From Candidatus Omnitrophota bacterium (GTDB lineage: Bacteria > Omnitrophota > Gorgyraeia > Zapsychrales > Zapsychraceae), in assembly GCA_020632515.1 (NCBI GenBank), contig JACKFK010000008.1:72171-136170 (forward strand): a stretch of DNA of 64,000 nucleotides, in the 5' to 3' direction. Made by a program: the position numbers and the translations under genes. The notes beneath the pieces were generated by a model. It did no database searches and was not told the origin of the DNA. It was given only the letters and a program-made list of their open reading frames with translations. Below, piece after piece: positions 63,250 through 64,000 of this stretch; position 1 is the first letter of the stretch; each line of letters begins with the position of its first letter.

Positions 63250-64000
63250 ATGAAGAAGCAGCTTGAGAAAAAGTGCCGTGTTGGTGTTCTAATGGGGGGA
63301 TGTTCTTCTGAACGAGAGATTTCTCTTAAATCTGGTAAAGCTGTGTATCAATCTTTGTTAACGCAGGGATATGATGCTGTCAGTATTGATCTTAATGAAA
63401 TGGAGATAAGAAAAATAAATGAAACAATATTGAAGGCGAAGATTGATGTCGCGTTTATTGCTCTTCACGGACAGTGGGGGGAAGACGGGCGTATTCAATT
63501 TTTATTAGAGGATTTGAATATTCCCTATACAGGATCAGGACCGCAAGCAAGTCAGAAGGCATTGCATAAGGTAAAGGCGCAGAAAATATTTGAGACAAAT
63601 GGTATAACTATTGCGAAATATGTTAGTTTGTTAAGGGGTGATGAAGCGGATAAAAATGCAGTTATTGATAATTGGAATATTTTTCCCTGTATTGTTAAGC
63701 CATCAGCTGAAGGTTCAAGTTTTGGTATCAAGCTTGTGTTCTCCAAAGAAGAGTTGGGGCCTGCTGTGGATTTTGCTTTTGAGTTTGATGAAAATGTTTT
63801 AATTGAGAAATATATCAAAGGGCGAGAGTTAACAGTCGGTATTTTAGATGGGCGGCCTTTGCCAATTATTGAAATTTGTCCTCAAGGAAGTTTTTTTGAT
63901 TTTCAATGTAAATATCGTAAAGGTATGACAGATTATAAAGTTCCGGCAGAGTTAGATCTTGCTTTAAGCCGGACGATTCAAGAAACAGCTGTCAGGGCGC
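63250..64000 (+). CDS. ddl: D-alanine--D-alanine ligase (3'-truncated by the window end)
   Basis: My own translation from ATG 63250: MKKQLEKKCRVGVLMGGCSSEREISLKSGKAVY...FIALHGQWGEDGRIQFLLEDLNIPYTGSG...IVKPSAEGSSFGI. The frame is open to the last base. It is absent from the ORF track because there is no stop. Confidence 0.9.
   Translation, partial: MKKQLEKKCRVGVLMGGCSSEREISLKSGKAVYQSLLTQGYDAVSIDLNEMEIRKINETILKAKIDVAFIALHGQWGEDGRIQFLLEDLNIPYTGSGPQASQKALHKVKAQKIFETNGITIAKYVSLLRGDEADKNAVIDNWNIFPCIVKPSAEGSSFGIKLVFSKEELGPAVDFAFEFDENVLIEKYIKGRELTVGILDGRPLPIIEICPQGSFFDFQCKYRKGMTDYKVPAELDLALSRTIQETAVRA

Overview
This is an AT-rich bacterial chromosomal segment, coded almost entirely on the plus strand; only three genes lie on the minus strand. 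It is dominated by recognisable housekeeping genes. In order: polX, an NfnAB-like oxidoreductase pair, panB, glyQS, ppdK, a sigma-70 family factor, apt, a TMTC-like glycosyltransferase-TPR protein, rpsO-pnp, ftsK, rodZ, rimO and pgsA-pgpA. These are followed by a riboflavin cluster (ribB-like, ribH, nusB, PHP, ribD-reductase, ribE), fabZ, ligA, xerD, and cca-rbfA-nrnA-truB-ribF. A complete dcw cluster (mraZ rsmH ftsL ftsI murE murF mraY murD ftsW murG [peptidase] murC ddl) closes the window, with ddl cut by the window end. tRNA-Arg(CCT) and tRNA-Pro(CGG) are present. I saw no rRNA, CRISPR array, IS element or prophage. The gene content (NfnAB, PPDK, many lysine-rich tails) suggests an uncultivated anaerobe, but the lineage cannot be assigned from sequence alone. 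The best candidates for something undescribed are: (1) an operon at about 20.4-23.7 kb built around a ParA-type ATPase fused to an AMPK-beta/CBM48-like glycogen-binding module, followed by a Lys-rich protein that could be its partner; (2) a sigma-70 factor whose stop overlaps the start of a LacI-type ligand-binding domain that has no HTH; (3) a YhcG/DUF1016 N-domain fused to a staphylococcal-nuclease fold in place of the usual PD-(D/E)xK domain; (4) a riboflavin cluster with a degenerate GTP cyclohydrolase II domain, a reductase-only RibD and an embedded PHP phosphatase; (5) a 523-nt noncoding region between tRNA-Arg and a porin gene, with a promoter and a structured leader. All calls rest on reading the ORF translations and the DNA by eye. 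No database search was run.
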